From an uncultured virus (IMG/VR IMGVR_UViG_643886092_000009) (lineage: Duplodnaviria; Heunggongvirae; Uroviricota; Caudoviricetes): a DNA stretch of 57,102 nt. Both the position numbers and the translations under genes were made by a program. The notes beneath the pieces were generated by a model, which made no database searches, was not told the DNA's origin, and was given only the letters and a program-made list of their open reading frames with translations. The stretch lies in IMG/VR virus record IMGVR_UViG_643886092_000009; one strand, 5' to 3'. This document shows positions 28,072 to 36,705 of the stretch, piece by piece (the stretch's first letter is position 1; every line of letters starts with the position of its first letter).

Positions 28072-30075
28072 ATGAAAAAGTCAATTAAGAAGCAAGTAGT
28101 CGCACTAACAACTGGATTAGCAATTCTAGGGAGTATTCCTGTAAACGCATTAGCAGACCAAACAGACAAATTACAAGTAGCAACTGGGGAACATTTAAAT
28201 CAAGGTACTAACCTTACAAACATCGAATTACAAACACCTGATGTGAAAATTAACGAAGCTGAAATTTCACCTAATGAAAAGGTTTTATTAGACGAATATA
28301 AGCACAAACATGATACATCGGCTGAAATGGAAAAGATGAAAGAAGCTAAAACGGGAGCAGTTGACCCTAACGAGGCAGTACAAAACGTAGAAAATGCATT
28401 TAAAGATGTAGACGGTAAAGGTGACGGTAGTTCTCGTGAAATGACACCTAAACGTCAAAAACGCTCTTTAGCATTTGCACCTACACAAACTACTAAACGT
28501 TATGGTACGTTAGCAGGAACTAAATTTGTAGAGTGGATTGTACCAGCAGGTAACATTGATATCCGCCCACAAAACCCTATGAAAGCACGTTACATTACAA
28601 TTCATGAAACTGCAAACACTGAACGAGGTGCAAACGCAGAAGCACATGCTAAGTACCTATATAACCAAGCAACTCAAGGGACATTCCGTACTGCATCATG
28701 GCACTTTACAGTAGACGATAAACAAATCTATCAACACCTTCCAACTAATGAGAACGGATGGCACGCAGGAGATGGGAATGGACCCGGAAACCGTGAGTCT
28801 ATTGGTATCGAAATCGCTGTAAACCAAGATGGAGACTATAATAAAGCATTAGAAAACGCTAAACGTCTAGCAGGTTACTTAATGAACAAAGAGGGTATCC
28901 CTGCAAGTAACATCGTAAAACATCAACATTGGTCAGGTAAGAAATGCCCAGACATCATGATTTCTCGTGGTAACTTTGCAGGATTCGTACAAGGTATTGA
29001 ATGGTATGCAAGTCTAAACAATACTCTTGAAGGTATGACTGATACACAAGAAAATAACAATTCAAATGAAGTAAACCCTGCTGAACCAGTTATGGAACTA
29101 GTAGTAAAAGGTTACGGTATTAATATCCGTAGTGGAGCAGGAATCGAGAATGGGGTAGTTGGTAAAGCAAACAGCGGTGATAAATTCCGAGTATTAGCAG
29201 TTAAAAACGGTTGGTACAAAACAGAAAAAGGTTGGATTTTCTACGACCCAAGTTACATCAAAATTAACTACAATGTAGAAAACCCACTTCCAAAGCCTGA
29301 GGAAAAGCCAAAGCCTGAAGAAAAACCTGAGGTTAAACCTGAGCAACCAATAGATGATATTACTGGTGGATGGTTCGAACCACATATTCGTGAACTAAAC
29401 AAACGTGGTATCATGGTTGGTGAAGGTAATGGGGTATTCGCACCTTATCGTGCAGTAACTCGTGCGGAATTTGCTAAGTTAATCTCTAACTCTTTACAAC
29501 TTCCAAGTGGTAATGCAAACTTTAAAGATTTAGACCATGCACACCCAACATTACAAGATGGTATTAAACGTACAGCAAGTGCAGGAATCATTCAAGGTCG
29601 TGGAGACGGTATCTTTGACCCTAACTCTCCAATTACTCGTGAAGAGTCTGCAATTATGGTAGATAAAGCGTTACAATATAAAGGTATTGTTGGTGACTTA
29701 AACGGTATGCCATTCCGTGACAAACACCTTATTAACTACAAAGATGCAGTAAGTCGTCTATTCAGTTTAGGGGTAGTAAACGGTGTAGGTAACAATGAAT
29801 TCAACCCACATGGTACAACAACTCGTGGTGAGTCAGCCGCATATCTAATGAAGATGTTAAACGTAATGGAAAACAATAAAGTTATCGGTGAATTAACAAT
29901 TAACGATTTCGGTCTTGAAATTCATAAAGAAGCTACAAACGATAGTGGTTTAGTACGTAAAGCATTTAAAGGTGAAGTAATCAATGTACTTGCAGAGAAA
30001 GACGGTTGGTACAAAGTAGGAGCGAACGAGTGGATTCAAAACTCTCCTTCTAAAATGTCTTACCAAGCAAAATAA
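28072..30075 (+). CDS. Secreted amidase with SH3b, three SLH domains and a C-terminal SH3b
   Basis: Catalytic domain closely similar to 25523; SLH motifs FAPYRAVTRAEFA, FDPNSPITREESA, FNPHGTTTRGESA. Confidence 0.92.
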   Translation: MKKSIKKQVVALTTGLAILGSIPVNALADQTDKLQVATGEHLNQGTNLTNIELQTPDVKINEAEISPNEKVLLDEYKHKHDTSAEMEKMKEAKTGAVDPNEAVQNVENAFKDVDGKGDGSSREMTPKRQKRSLAFAPTQTTKRYGTLAGTKFVEWIVPAGNIDIRPQNPMKARYITIHETANTERGANAEAHAKYLYNQATQGTFRTASWHFTVDDKQIYQHLPTNENGWHAGDGNGPGNRESIGIEIAVNQDGDYNKALENAKRLAGYLMNKEGIPASNIVKHQHWSGKKCPDIMISRGNFAGFVQGIEWYASLNNTLEGMTDTQENNNSNEVNPAEPVMELVVKGYGINIRSGAGIENGVVGKANSGDKFRVLAVKNGWYKTEKGWIFYDPSYIKINYNVENPLPKPEEKPKPEEKPEVKPEQPIDDITGGWFEPHIRELNKRGIMVGEGNGVFAPYRAVTRAEFAKLISNSLQLPSGNANFKDLDHAHPTLQDGIKRTASAGIIQGRGDGIFDPNSPITREESAIMVDKALQYKGIVGDLNGMPFRDKHLINYKDAVSRLFSLGVVNGVGNNEFNPHGTTTRGESAAYLMKMLNVMENNKVIGELTINDFGLEIHKEATNDSGLVRKAFKGEVINVLAEKDGWYKVGANEWIQNSPSKMSYQAK

Positions 30076-30107
30076 TACGTATAAATAATCGAATATAGGG
30101 GTAAACT

Positions 30108-30137
30108 AGCTACAGTTCTATCTGTAGCTTTTCTCCT
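30108..30137 (+). terminator. Intrinsic terminator
   Basis: agctacag-ttctat-ctgtagct followed by a T-run. Confidence 0.7.
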
Positions 30138-30162
30138 ATTAATCTTGTATGGGGTGTAAAAG

Positions 30163-30768
30163 ATGGATAAATTAACAGAAGACTTGTTAAGAGAGTTGTA
30201 CATAGAGAAAGGTATGTCAGACCGAGAGATAGGAGACTTATACGGAGTTACAAGAGCCAATATATCTTATCATCGGAAGAAATGGGGTATTGAAGGAAAA
30301 CCTTCTTTATCAAAGAAAGCTATTCAAGACGTACAAAATAAATTGGATTCTCTAGGGTTTGTAGTAGAAAACATGAAGAAAAAGAATACACATCATATAT
30401 TTGATTTGTTAGTAGAAAATACAATAAGACTAGATATTCGGTCTACAGAAACATTACAAGAAGATACTTTTAGATTTAAGTTATTAGATAGTGATAATTC
30501 ATGTTTACTAGAATCAGATAATAGACTTCAATTGAAAAATGGTCGAACTAAGAAGATTTTAAGAAACACATGTGATTTTGTAATACTTGTAGGCTACTTA
30601 AAAGGAGTAGCAAATTTTTGGGTAATTCCTTCACGAAACTTAAAAGATGATTTAAATGGTATCTCAATTAGACCTTATTCAGATTCCAGTAAGTATTTAG
30701 ATTACAAAGATTCATGGGGTAGTATTCGTCAAACCATTAAGTTGCAAAGAGTGAATAGAGTAGGTTAA
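30163..30768 (+). CDS. HTH + PD-(D/E)XK-like nuclease-fold protein (1 HTH)
   Basis: LRELYIEKGMSDREIG..YGV HTH; LGF.V.N...FDLLV...LDIRS...CDFVILVG...WVIPS. Confidence 0.7.
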   Translation: MDKLTEDLLRELYIEKGMSDREIGDLYGVTRANISYHRKKWGIEGKPSLSKKAIQDVQNKLDSLGFVVENMKKKNTHHIFDLLVENTIRLDIRSTETLQEDTFRFKLLDSDNSCLLESDNRLQLKNGRTKKILRNTCDFVILVGYLKGVANFWVIPSRNLKDDLNGISIRPYSDSSKYLDYKDSWGSIRQTIKLQRVNRVG

Positions 30769-30976
30769 TTTTACCATTTTAAGGGTAGAAAAAGTAAAAG
30801 GGTTAATGATTTTGATTCCCTAGTAGAGAAAGAGAAACGGAATTATAAGAAATAGGTAAAAAGAAGCATGAAGGTTAAACGAAAAAGATAAAGAATAAAA
30901 CAACAAACTTTATGCTAAGGAATTTAAGCTTTATATACATATACATAGTTAAACTATACAAACTAGATAATTAGGA

Positions 30977-31558
30977 GTGGCAAACATGGTAGCAGTTACA
31001 GAAAGCCAATTAAGAGATTTATATGAAGTACAAGGTAAGACTGATAAACAAATTGCAGGAGAGTATGGTGTAGATAGAACCCGTATCTCTCAATTACGTA
31101 AACAGTGGGGAATTACTACAAGACTTACTGTATTCGATAAAGGTGTAAAAGACGTAACAGATAAATTGGAGTCTTTAGGTTTTAAAGTAAAGAACGTGAA
31201 GAAAGATGATAAAACAGCTAACTACGATTTACTGTTAAATGACTTAATAAAGATAGAAGTAAGAACATCATCGGCTTTAGACAGAGGTAGACAGCATTTC
31301 AGATTACTGGAACAAGCTTCTACTGGGGTAGTCGAATCAGATATTCGTATCAAACTAAAGAATGGTCATTTCAGAAAGTTATTTAGACGAACATGTGATT
31401 ACATTATCTTTGTGGGGTATGAAGAAGGAAACATTAATTATTGGGTGATGCGTTCAAGTACGGTTACAGATACGATTCAAAGCCTTGGACTTAATATTTC
31501 ACCAATGGTAACGAGTAAGTTCGATGTATGTAGGGATGCATGGCATATCATCATATAA
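30977..31558 (+). CDS. HTH + PD-(D/E)XK-like protein (1 HTH)
   Basis: YDLLLNDLIKIEVRTS; paralog of 30163; the start may be ATG 30986. Confidence 0.7.
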   Translation: MANMVAVTESQLRDLYEVQGKTDKQIAGEYGVDRTRISQLRKQWGITTRLTVFDKGVKDVTDKLESLGFKVKNVKKDDKTANYDLLLNDLIKIEVRTSSALDRGRQHFRLLEQASTGVVESDIRIKLKNGHFRKLFRRTCDYIIFVGYEEGNINYWVMRSSTVTDTIQSLGLNISPMVTSKFDVCRDAWHIII

Positions 31559-31593
31559 TAAAATAGAATATAAGTAGAGAAGAGGTGATAAAT

Positions 31594-33891
31594 ATGTCAG
31601 AAAGACTATGTAGTGTAGAAGGTTGTGTTGGAAAGCATCAAGCAAGGGGTTTATGTAGTAAACATTATACTGAATACAGAAGGTCATTACAGCCAAAGAA
31701 ACCTAAATTTACAATACCAAAAGAAGAGTTAGTAAAGTTATATGTAGAAGATGGTTTGAATGATAAACAGATAGCAGAACTGAAAGGAACATACCCTTTA
31801 AAGGTTAGTAAGTTGAGAGAAAAGTACGGTATTGCAAAACGAACTTTAAAAGATGTAATACCAAAAGAAGAGTTATATGAACTCTATGTAATGAATGGGT
31901 TAACAGATATACAAATAGCAAAACTGAAAAATGTAGGAGATACTACAATATTTCGTTTAAGGAACGAGTATGGTATTGAGTCGAGTCATAGAAGCTATTT
32001 AACACAAGAGCAATTGTATCAGCTATATGTCGTAGATGGATTATATGACGAAGAAATAGCAAAATTAACAGGGTATCATAAAGACTCTATTAGCAAGTGG
32101 AGAAGAGACTACGGAATTAAAGCACACTCTAGAAAAGGTACAAAGAAAAAGGGTACAAAACGTAGAAGTATAATAGTAAAAGAACAACTATACCGACTGT
32201 ATACAATAGATGGTTTAACAGATAAGCAAATTGCAGAACAAATAGGAATAACAAGTAGTCATGTATCTTACCTAAGAAAGAGTCGGGGTATCGAAACAAG
32301 ACCTACAATTGTAGCGAAATCTATACCTTATGTAGAAAGCGTACTAACAAAACTAGGTTTCCAAGTAACAAACATAAGGGAAATAAAGTATAACGCTACT
32401 CACGATTTATTATTAAACGATAAAATCAGAATAGATGTTAGAACTACAGAGTCTCTACAAAGAAACAATACAGAACTTAAATTTAAGTTATTGGATTCAG
32501 ATGATTCAAATTTGAAAACATCAGATATCCGATTTAGAGTTAGTAGTGGTCGCACAAAACGAGATTTACATCTTACATGTGAATATATCATATGTGTGGG
32601 GTATTTGAATGAAAAACCTCATTGTTGGGTTATACCTTCTAAGGATTTAAGAAAAGACTTACAAGGTATTTCAATCAGTCCTTACGCTGAAAACAGTAAA
32701 TATGAGATTTACGCAGAAGCATGGAACTTGATAAAACCAGTTAAGAAAGAAATACTAACAAAGAAAGAGTTAGAAAGGCTATATGTAAAAGAAAATCTGT
32801 CAGATAGTAGAATAGCGAAACGAGTTGGAGTAAGTACAGCAACAATAGGAAATCTTAGAAGAGCATATGGTATTGAAGCAAAACGAGATATTCAAGAAAT
32901 GTCTAAGCAAGAGTTAGAGAAACTATATGTAGAAGAGGGACTAACAGATAAAGAAATAGCAGAACGTAAGGGTACGTATCCTACTAAGATAAGAAGATTG
33001 AGAGAAAAGTATGGTATCGAAACAAAGTCTAGAGCTACAATTAGTAAAGAGGAATTAACTAAACTGTACGTAGATGAAGGAATGTCAGATAAAGAAATAG
33101 CAAAACAAAAAGATGTATCACTCGAAACTGTGTATCGTTTAAGAAGAGAATACGGTATCAAATCAAGACCTTCTGTACCAATACTAACAAAAGAACAATT
33201 GTACCAGTTATACGTTGTACAAAGATTATCGGATAGTAAGATAGGAGACATATATAAAGTATCGAAGAAAACAATTGCAAAGTTAAGAAAAGAGTATAAT
33301 ATCGAAACAAACCCTACGATTTCTCTTGTAACTAAAGAACAATTACATCATCTGTACGTAGAAAAGGAAATGAGCGATGGTCAGATAGGAAAATTGTTTG
33401 GGGTAACTAGAGAATCAATTTTAAAATACAGAAACAAGTATGGTATCGCTACAAGACTTACAATAGCAAACAAAGCAATCCAAGACGTAGGAAATCATTT
33501 AGTTCAATTGGGTTTTCACGTAGTCAATATAAGAGGGGTAGACTATGCTTCTTTTTATGATTTACTGTTGAATAATAGACTACGTATAGATATAAAAGCA
33601 ACTGAATACGTAACAAAAGATGGATTCTTTAAGTTTAAATTACTGGATAAGGATGAATCAAACTATATAGGTAGTAATTCAAGACTCATTGTAGATAGCG
33701 GTAGAACCAAAAGAAACCTACACGATACATGTGATTTCGTTATTTGTGTGGGGTATTACAACAACAAACCTTACACATGGGTTATACCTTCAAAAGATTT
33801 AAGAAAAGACTTACAAGGTATAACAATAAACCCTAATCTAGAAAACAGTAGATACTTGAGATATTCGGAAGCTTGGCATTTATTAAGATAA
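31594..33891 (+). CDS. Fusion: CCCH finger + 4 HTH + nuclease + 5 HTH + nuclease
   Basis: N-terminal CSVEGC...CSKH; nine ~48-aa KEEL..LY...L.D..IA......LR..YGI units; two nuclease-like domains (HDLLL..IDVRT, YDLLL..IDIKA). Confidence 0.8.
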   Translation: MSERLCSVEGCVGKHQARGLCSKHYTEYRRSLQPKKPKFTIPKEELVKLYVEDGLNDKQIAELKGTYPLKVSKLREKYGIAKRTLKDVIPKEELYELYVMNGLTDIQIAKLKNVGDTTIFRLRNEYGIESSHRSYLTQEQLYQLYVVDGLYDEEIAKLTGYHKDSISKWRRDYGIKAHSRKGTKKKGTKRRSIIVKEQLYRLYTIDGLTDKQIAEQIGITSSHVSYLRKSRGIETRPTIVAKSIPYVESVLTKLGFQVTNIREIKYNATHDLLLNDKIRIDVRTTESLQRNNTELKFKLLDSDDSNLKTSDIRFRVSSGRTKRDLHLTCEYIICVGYLNEKPHCWVIPSKDLRKDLQGISISPYAENSKYEIYAEAWNLIKPVKKEILTKKELERLYVKENLSDSRIAKRVGVSTATIGNLRRAYGIEAKRDIQEMSKQELEKLYVEEGLTDKEIAERKGTYPTKIRRLREKYGIETKSRATISKEELTKLYVDEGMSDKEIAKQKDVSLETVYRLRREYGIKSRPSVPILTKEQLYQLYVVQRLSDSKIGDIYKVSKKTIAKLRKEYNIETNPTISLVTKEQLHHLYVEKEMSDGQIGKLFGVTRESILKYRNKYGIATRLTIANKAIQDVGNHLVQLGFHVVNIRGVDYASFYDLLLNNRLRIDIKATEYVTKDGFFKFKLLDKDESNYIGSNSRLIVDSGRTKRNLHDTCDFVICVGYYNNKPYTWVIPSKDLRKDLQGITINPNLENSRYLRYSEAWHLLR

Positions 33892-33922
33892 ACTAGAAAG
33901 TAGAAAGGAGGTAGTTTATCTT

Positions 33923-35083
33923 ATGGCATTTAAACTATCAAAAGAAGAAATGTATAAGTTATATGTAGAAGATGGCTTATCAGATAGACAGATAGCAGAA
34001 TTAAAGGGTGTGAACACGTCTACAATCAGACGATTGCGAGTAAAGTATGAAATCGAAACAAGGGGTAGACATAATGTAGACCCTACACAAGTATTAAGTA
34101 AAACAGAATTAGAAAGATTGTATATAGAAGAATGTTTATCAGATAAAACAATTGGTAAACAAGTTGGTTTGAGTCATTCAACTGTTCATAGGTTGAGAGT
34201 AAAGTACGGTATCGAAAGAAGACCTGTAAAAAGAGCCTTTACAGAAGAAGAGTTAAAACAGCTATACATTAAAGAAGGTAAGACGGACGAACAGATTGCA
34301 AAATTAAGGGGTATTACGGCAGGAGCAGTAACGCATTTGAGGAAGGTATATGGGATTGAAGCAATAGAAAGGGCTGTAGTACCAAAAGAAATATTGATAG
34401 ACTTATATGTAAAACAGAAAATGACAGATAAAGAAATAGCTGAACAATATAATTGTGCAGAAAAGACGGTCTGTAGTTTAAGGAAAAGATTTGGTATACA
34501 AGCAAACAGAAAAAGATGTTCCTTATCGAAAGAGCAAGTATATAACCTATATGTAGAAAAAGGTTTAAGTGATAATCAAATCGCAAACTTATATGGTACG
34601 TATTCCGCTACAATTTCTAGTTTGAGAGAGCGTTACGGTATTCAAACGAAAGAAGTCATAACAGACCATTCATTACCGTATGTATACAATATTTTAGTTC
34701 AATTGGGCTTCCAAGTTGAAAACATGAGACAACATACGCATATGTTATTTTATGATTTCTTATTAAACGGTAGAATTCGTATAGATGTAAGAACTTCAAC
34801 CACTTTCTATAATAACAGTTTAAACTTCAAGTTATTAGATAAGGATAATTCAGGATACACGGAATCAGATGTAAGACTGAGAGTAGATAGTGGAAGAACA
34901 AAGAGAAATATAAGAAATACATGTGATTTCGTCATTTGTGTGGGGTATATAAAAGGAAAACCGCATTGTTGGGTAATACCTTCTAGAGATTTAAAGGAAG
35001 ATTTACAGGGTATTACAATTAGACCGTATTCAAATAGAAGTAAATATAATTTCTATGCAGAAGCATGGAGTTTAATTAAGTAA
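33923..35083 (+). CDS. 5 tandem HTH + PD-(D/E)XK-like nuclease
   Basis: RBS aaggagg; five HTH units, then YDFLLNGRIRIDVRTS. Confidence 0.8.
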   Translation: MAFKLSKEEMYKLYVEDGLSDRQIAELKGVNTSTIRRLRVKYEIETRGRHNVDPTQVLSKTELERLYIEECLSDKTIGKQVGLSHSTVHRLRVKYGIERRPVKRAFTEEELKQLYIKEGKTDEQIAKLRGITAGAVTHLRKVYGIEAIERAVVPKEILIDLYVKQKMTDKEIAEQYNCAEKTVCSLRKRFGIQANRKRCSLSKEQVYNLYVEKGLSDNQIANLYGTYSATISSLRERYGIQTKEVITDHSLPYVYNILVQLGFQVENMRQHTHMLFYDFLLNGRIRIDVRTSTTFYNNSLNFKLLDKDNSGYTESDVRLRVDSGRTKRNIRNTCDFVICVGYIKGKPHCWVIPSRDLKEDLQGITIRPYSNRSKYNFYAEAWSLIK

Positions 35084-35113
35084 AACATTATCTTAAACGA
35101 GGTGGTAATCGTT

Positions 35114-35467
35114 ATGTCAGATAAGATGAGTAAGGAAGACTTAATAAAAAGGATTCAACAAAGTCCAAGCGGTAAAGTTTGGAATGAAGACGAAATCAAA
35201 CAATTATTAATGACAAACCCAAAAGCAGTATATAGTGGGATTCTTGCAATATATAAGTTACAGACGGAAGAAGAGAAGAAGAGTCGAGAGACTCAAGTAC
35301 AAAACGGTATGGGTTTTAATGCAAACGATAGTGTAATCATGTCTAGCTTTGCAGAACAGATTCTACAAGGCAAGATATTATCACAAAGACAATTCGCAGT
35401 AGCATCTAAACGTATTTTAAAGTATGTAAATCAGTTAACTGATATAGCAAACGAAGATTACTATTAA
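35114..35467 (+). CDS. Hypothetical phage-type protein
   Basis: ATG at 35114 after gaggtgg. Confidence 0.75.
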   Translation: MSDKMSKEDLIKRIQQSPSGKVWNEDEIKQLLMTNPKAVYSGILAIYKLQTEEEKKSRETQVQNGMGFNANDSVIMSSFAEQILQGKILSQRQFAVASKRILKYVNQLTDIANEDYY

Positions 35468-35485
35468 TAAAATAAGAGGTAAGAT

Positions 35486-35812
35486 ATGAAACTATGTAGT
35501 GTAGATGGATGTAAAGTGAAACATAGGGCAAAGGGCTATTGTCCAAGACATTATAGACAAGCTAGAGCAGGAAAAGAAATTACATTGGAGTATATCAATC
35601 AAACTGGTAGGGTTTGTAGTCTAGATGGGCGTAACCGAAAGCATAGAGCAAAAGGGCTGTGCAAGTTACATTATGATAATGCAAGGTATACAATAAGACC
35701 CACTAAACCAATAAGGTTATGTACAATAGCAGGTTGCACAAAGAAACACCAAGCAAAAGGATTATGTTTGAATCATTACAATCAAGAACGGTATAGGAGA
35801 AAGAAGGTTTAG
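35486..35812 (+). CDS. CCCH zinc-finger protein (3 units, one degenerate)
   Basis: The second unit has C to R (CSLDGR). Confidence 0.85.
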   Translation: MKLCSVDGCKVKHRAKGYCPRHYRQARAGKEITLEYINQTGRVCSLDGRNRKHRAKGLCKLHYDNARYTIRPTKPIRLCTIAGCTKKHQAKGLCLNHYNQERYRRKKV

Positions 35813-35813
35813 A

Positions 35814-36317
35814 ATGCTAAATACTAAACTATGTAAGCTATTTGGGTGTAAACAAAAGAGCTACGCAAAGGGGTATTGCAGTTCTCACTACGACCAGTTC
35901 CGTAACGGAAGAAAAGTAGGAGAAGTAAAAAAGTATAAAACACATTGTTCTATAGAAAACTGTAGCTTAAAACATCATGCAAAAGGATATTGTAGAAAAC
36001 ATTATGTTCAAATAAACAAACATGGTAAAACCTTACCTGAGAGGGTAAAAGTTTGTGTTGTAGATGGTTGTGAAGAGAAACATCATGCAAGAGGTTTTTG
36101 TAGAAAGCACTATAACCAAATAGGCAAGCTAGATAAACTATTACCTGAGAAAGATACAACATGTAGTGTAGAAGGGTGTGATGGAGAGAGTCGGACAAGG
36201 AATATGTGTTTAAAACATTACACTAGATGGTATCGTAATGAAAAGAAGAAACCCAGTAACGAGAGTTACTACAGTAAACAATATTATAGTAATAAGGAGG
36301 AAGAAACATGTTTGTAA
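35814..36317 (+). CDS. CCCH zinc-finger protein (4 units)
   Basis: Four units. Confidence 0.85.
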   Translation: MLNTKLCKLFGCKQKSYAKGYCSSHYDQFRNGRKVGEVKKYKTHCSIENCSLKHHAKGYCRKHYVQINKHGKTLPERVKVCVVDGCEEKHHARGFCRKHYNQIGKLDKLLPEKDTTCSVEGCDGESRTRNMCLKHYTRWYRNEKKKPSNESYYSKQYYSNKEEETCL

Positions 36318-36601
36318 GTGAAAGAGGTATAGCACTAATTACACAAACCAATGAGACAAGGATGTTAACGGCAGAGGATTATATGAAATGGTATAATCTT
36401 TACATCATTGAAACAGATGGTACAGTTAAAGGGGTAGAAGATGATAACGAGATTTTATTTGAGGGTTGGTATGACCATTGCGTTCGACCTGATACTTTTA
36501 AGAAACTGGCTGAATCGCTAAATGCATCATACGATGAGAAGACTTGGAAAGCAGTCATAGATATGTACGAAGAAATGACAGACTCCAAGTGGGAAGAGTA
36601 A
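36308..36601 (+). CDS. Acidic hypothetical protein
   Basis: RBS aaggagg, 97 aa. Confidence 0.75.
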   Translation: MFVSERGIALITQTNETRMLTAEDYMKWYNLYIIETDGTVKGVEDDNEILFEGWYDHCVRPDTFKKLAESLNASYDEKTWKAVIDMYEEMTDSKWEE

Positions 36602-36621
36602 GGTTTACTACTCTTCCTTTT
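36590..36621 (+). terminator. Intrinsic terminator
   Basis: ggaagagta...tactcttcc-tttt. Confidence 0.7.
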
Positions 36622-36629
36622 GCTTTTAC

Positions 36630-36658
36630 TTGACAAATTGATAAACTTATGGTATAAT
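36630..36658 (+). promoter_or_regulatory. Sigma-A consensus promoter
   Basis: TTGACA-17-TATAAT. Confidence 0.9.
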
Positions 36659-36705
36659 ATAGGTAGAGGAAATACGAGAAATAGCTAGGTGAAAGGGTGA
36701 ACTAA

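Noticed and set aside
35630..35632. Cys to Arg change in finger 2 of ORF 35486 as a functional variant
   Set aside because: A single T to C change; decay or sequencing error is equally likely
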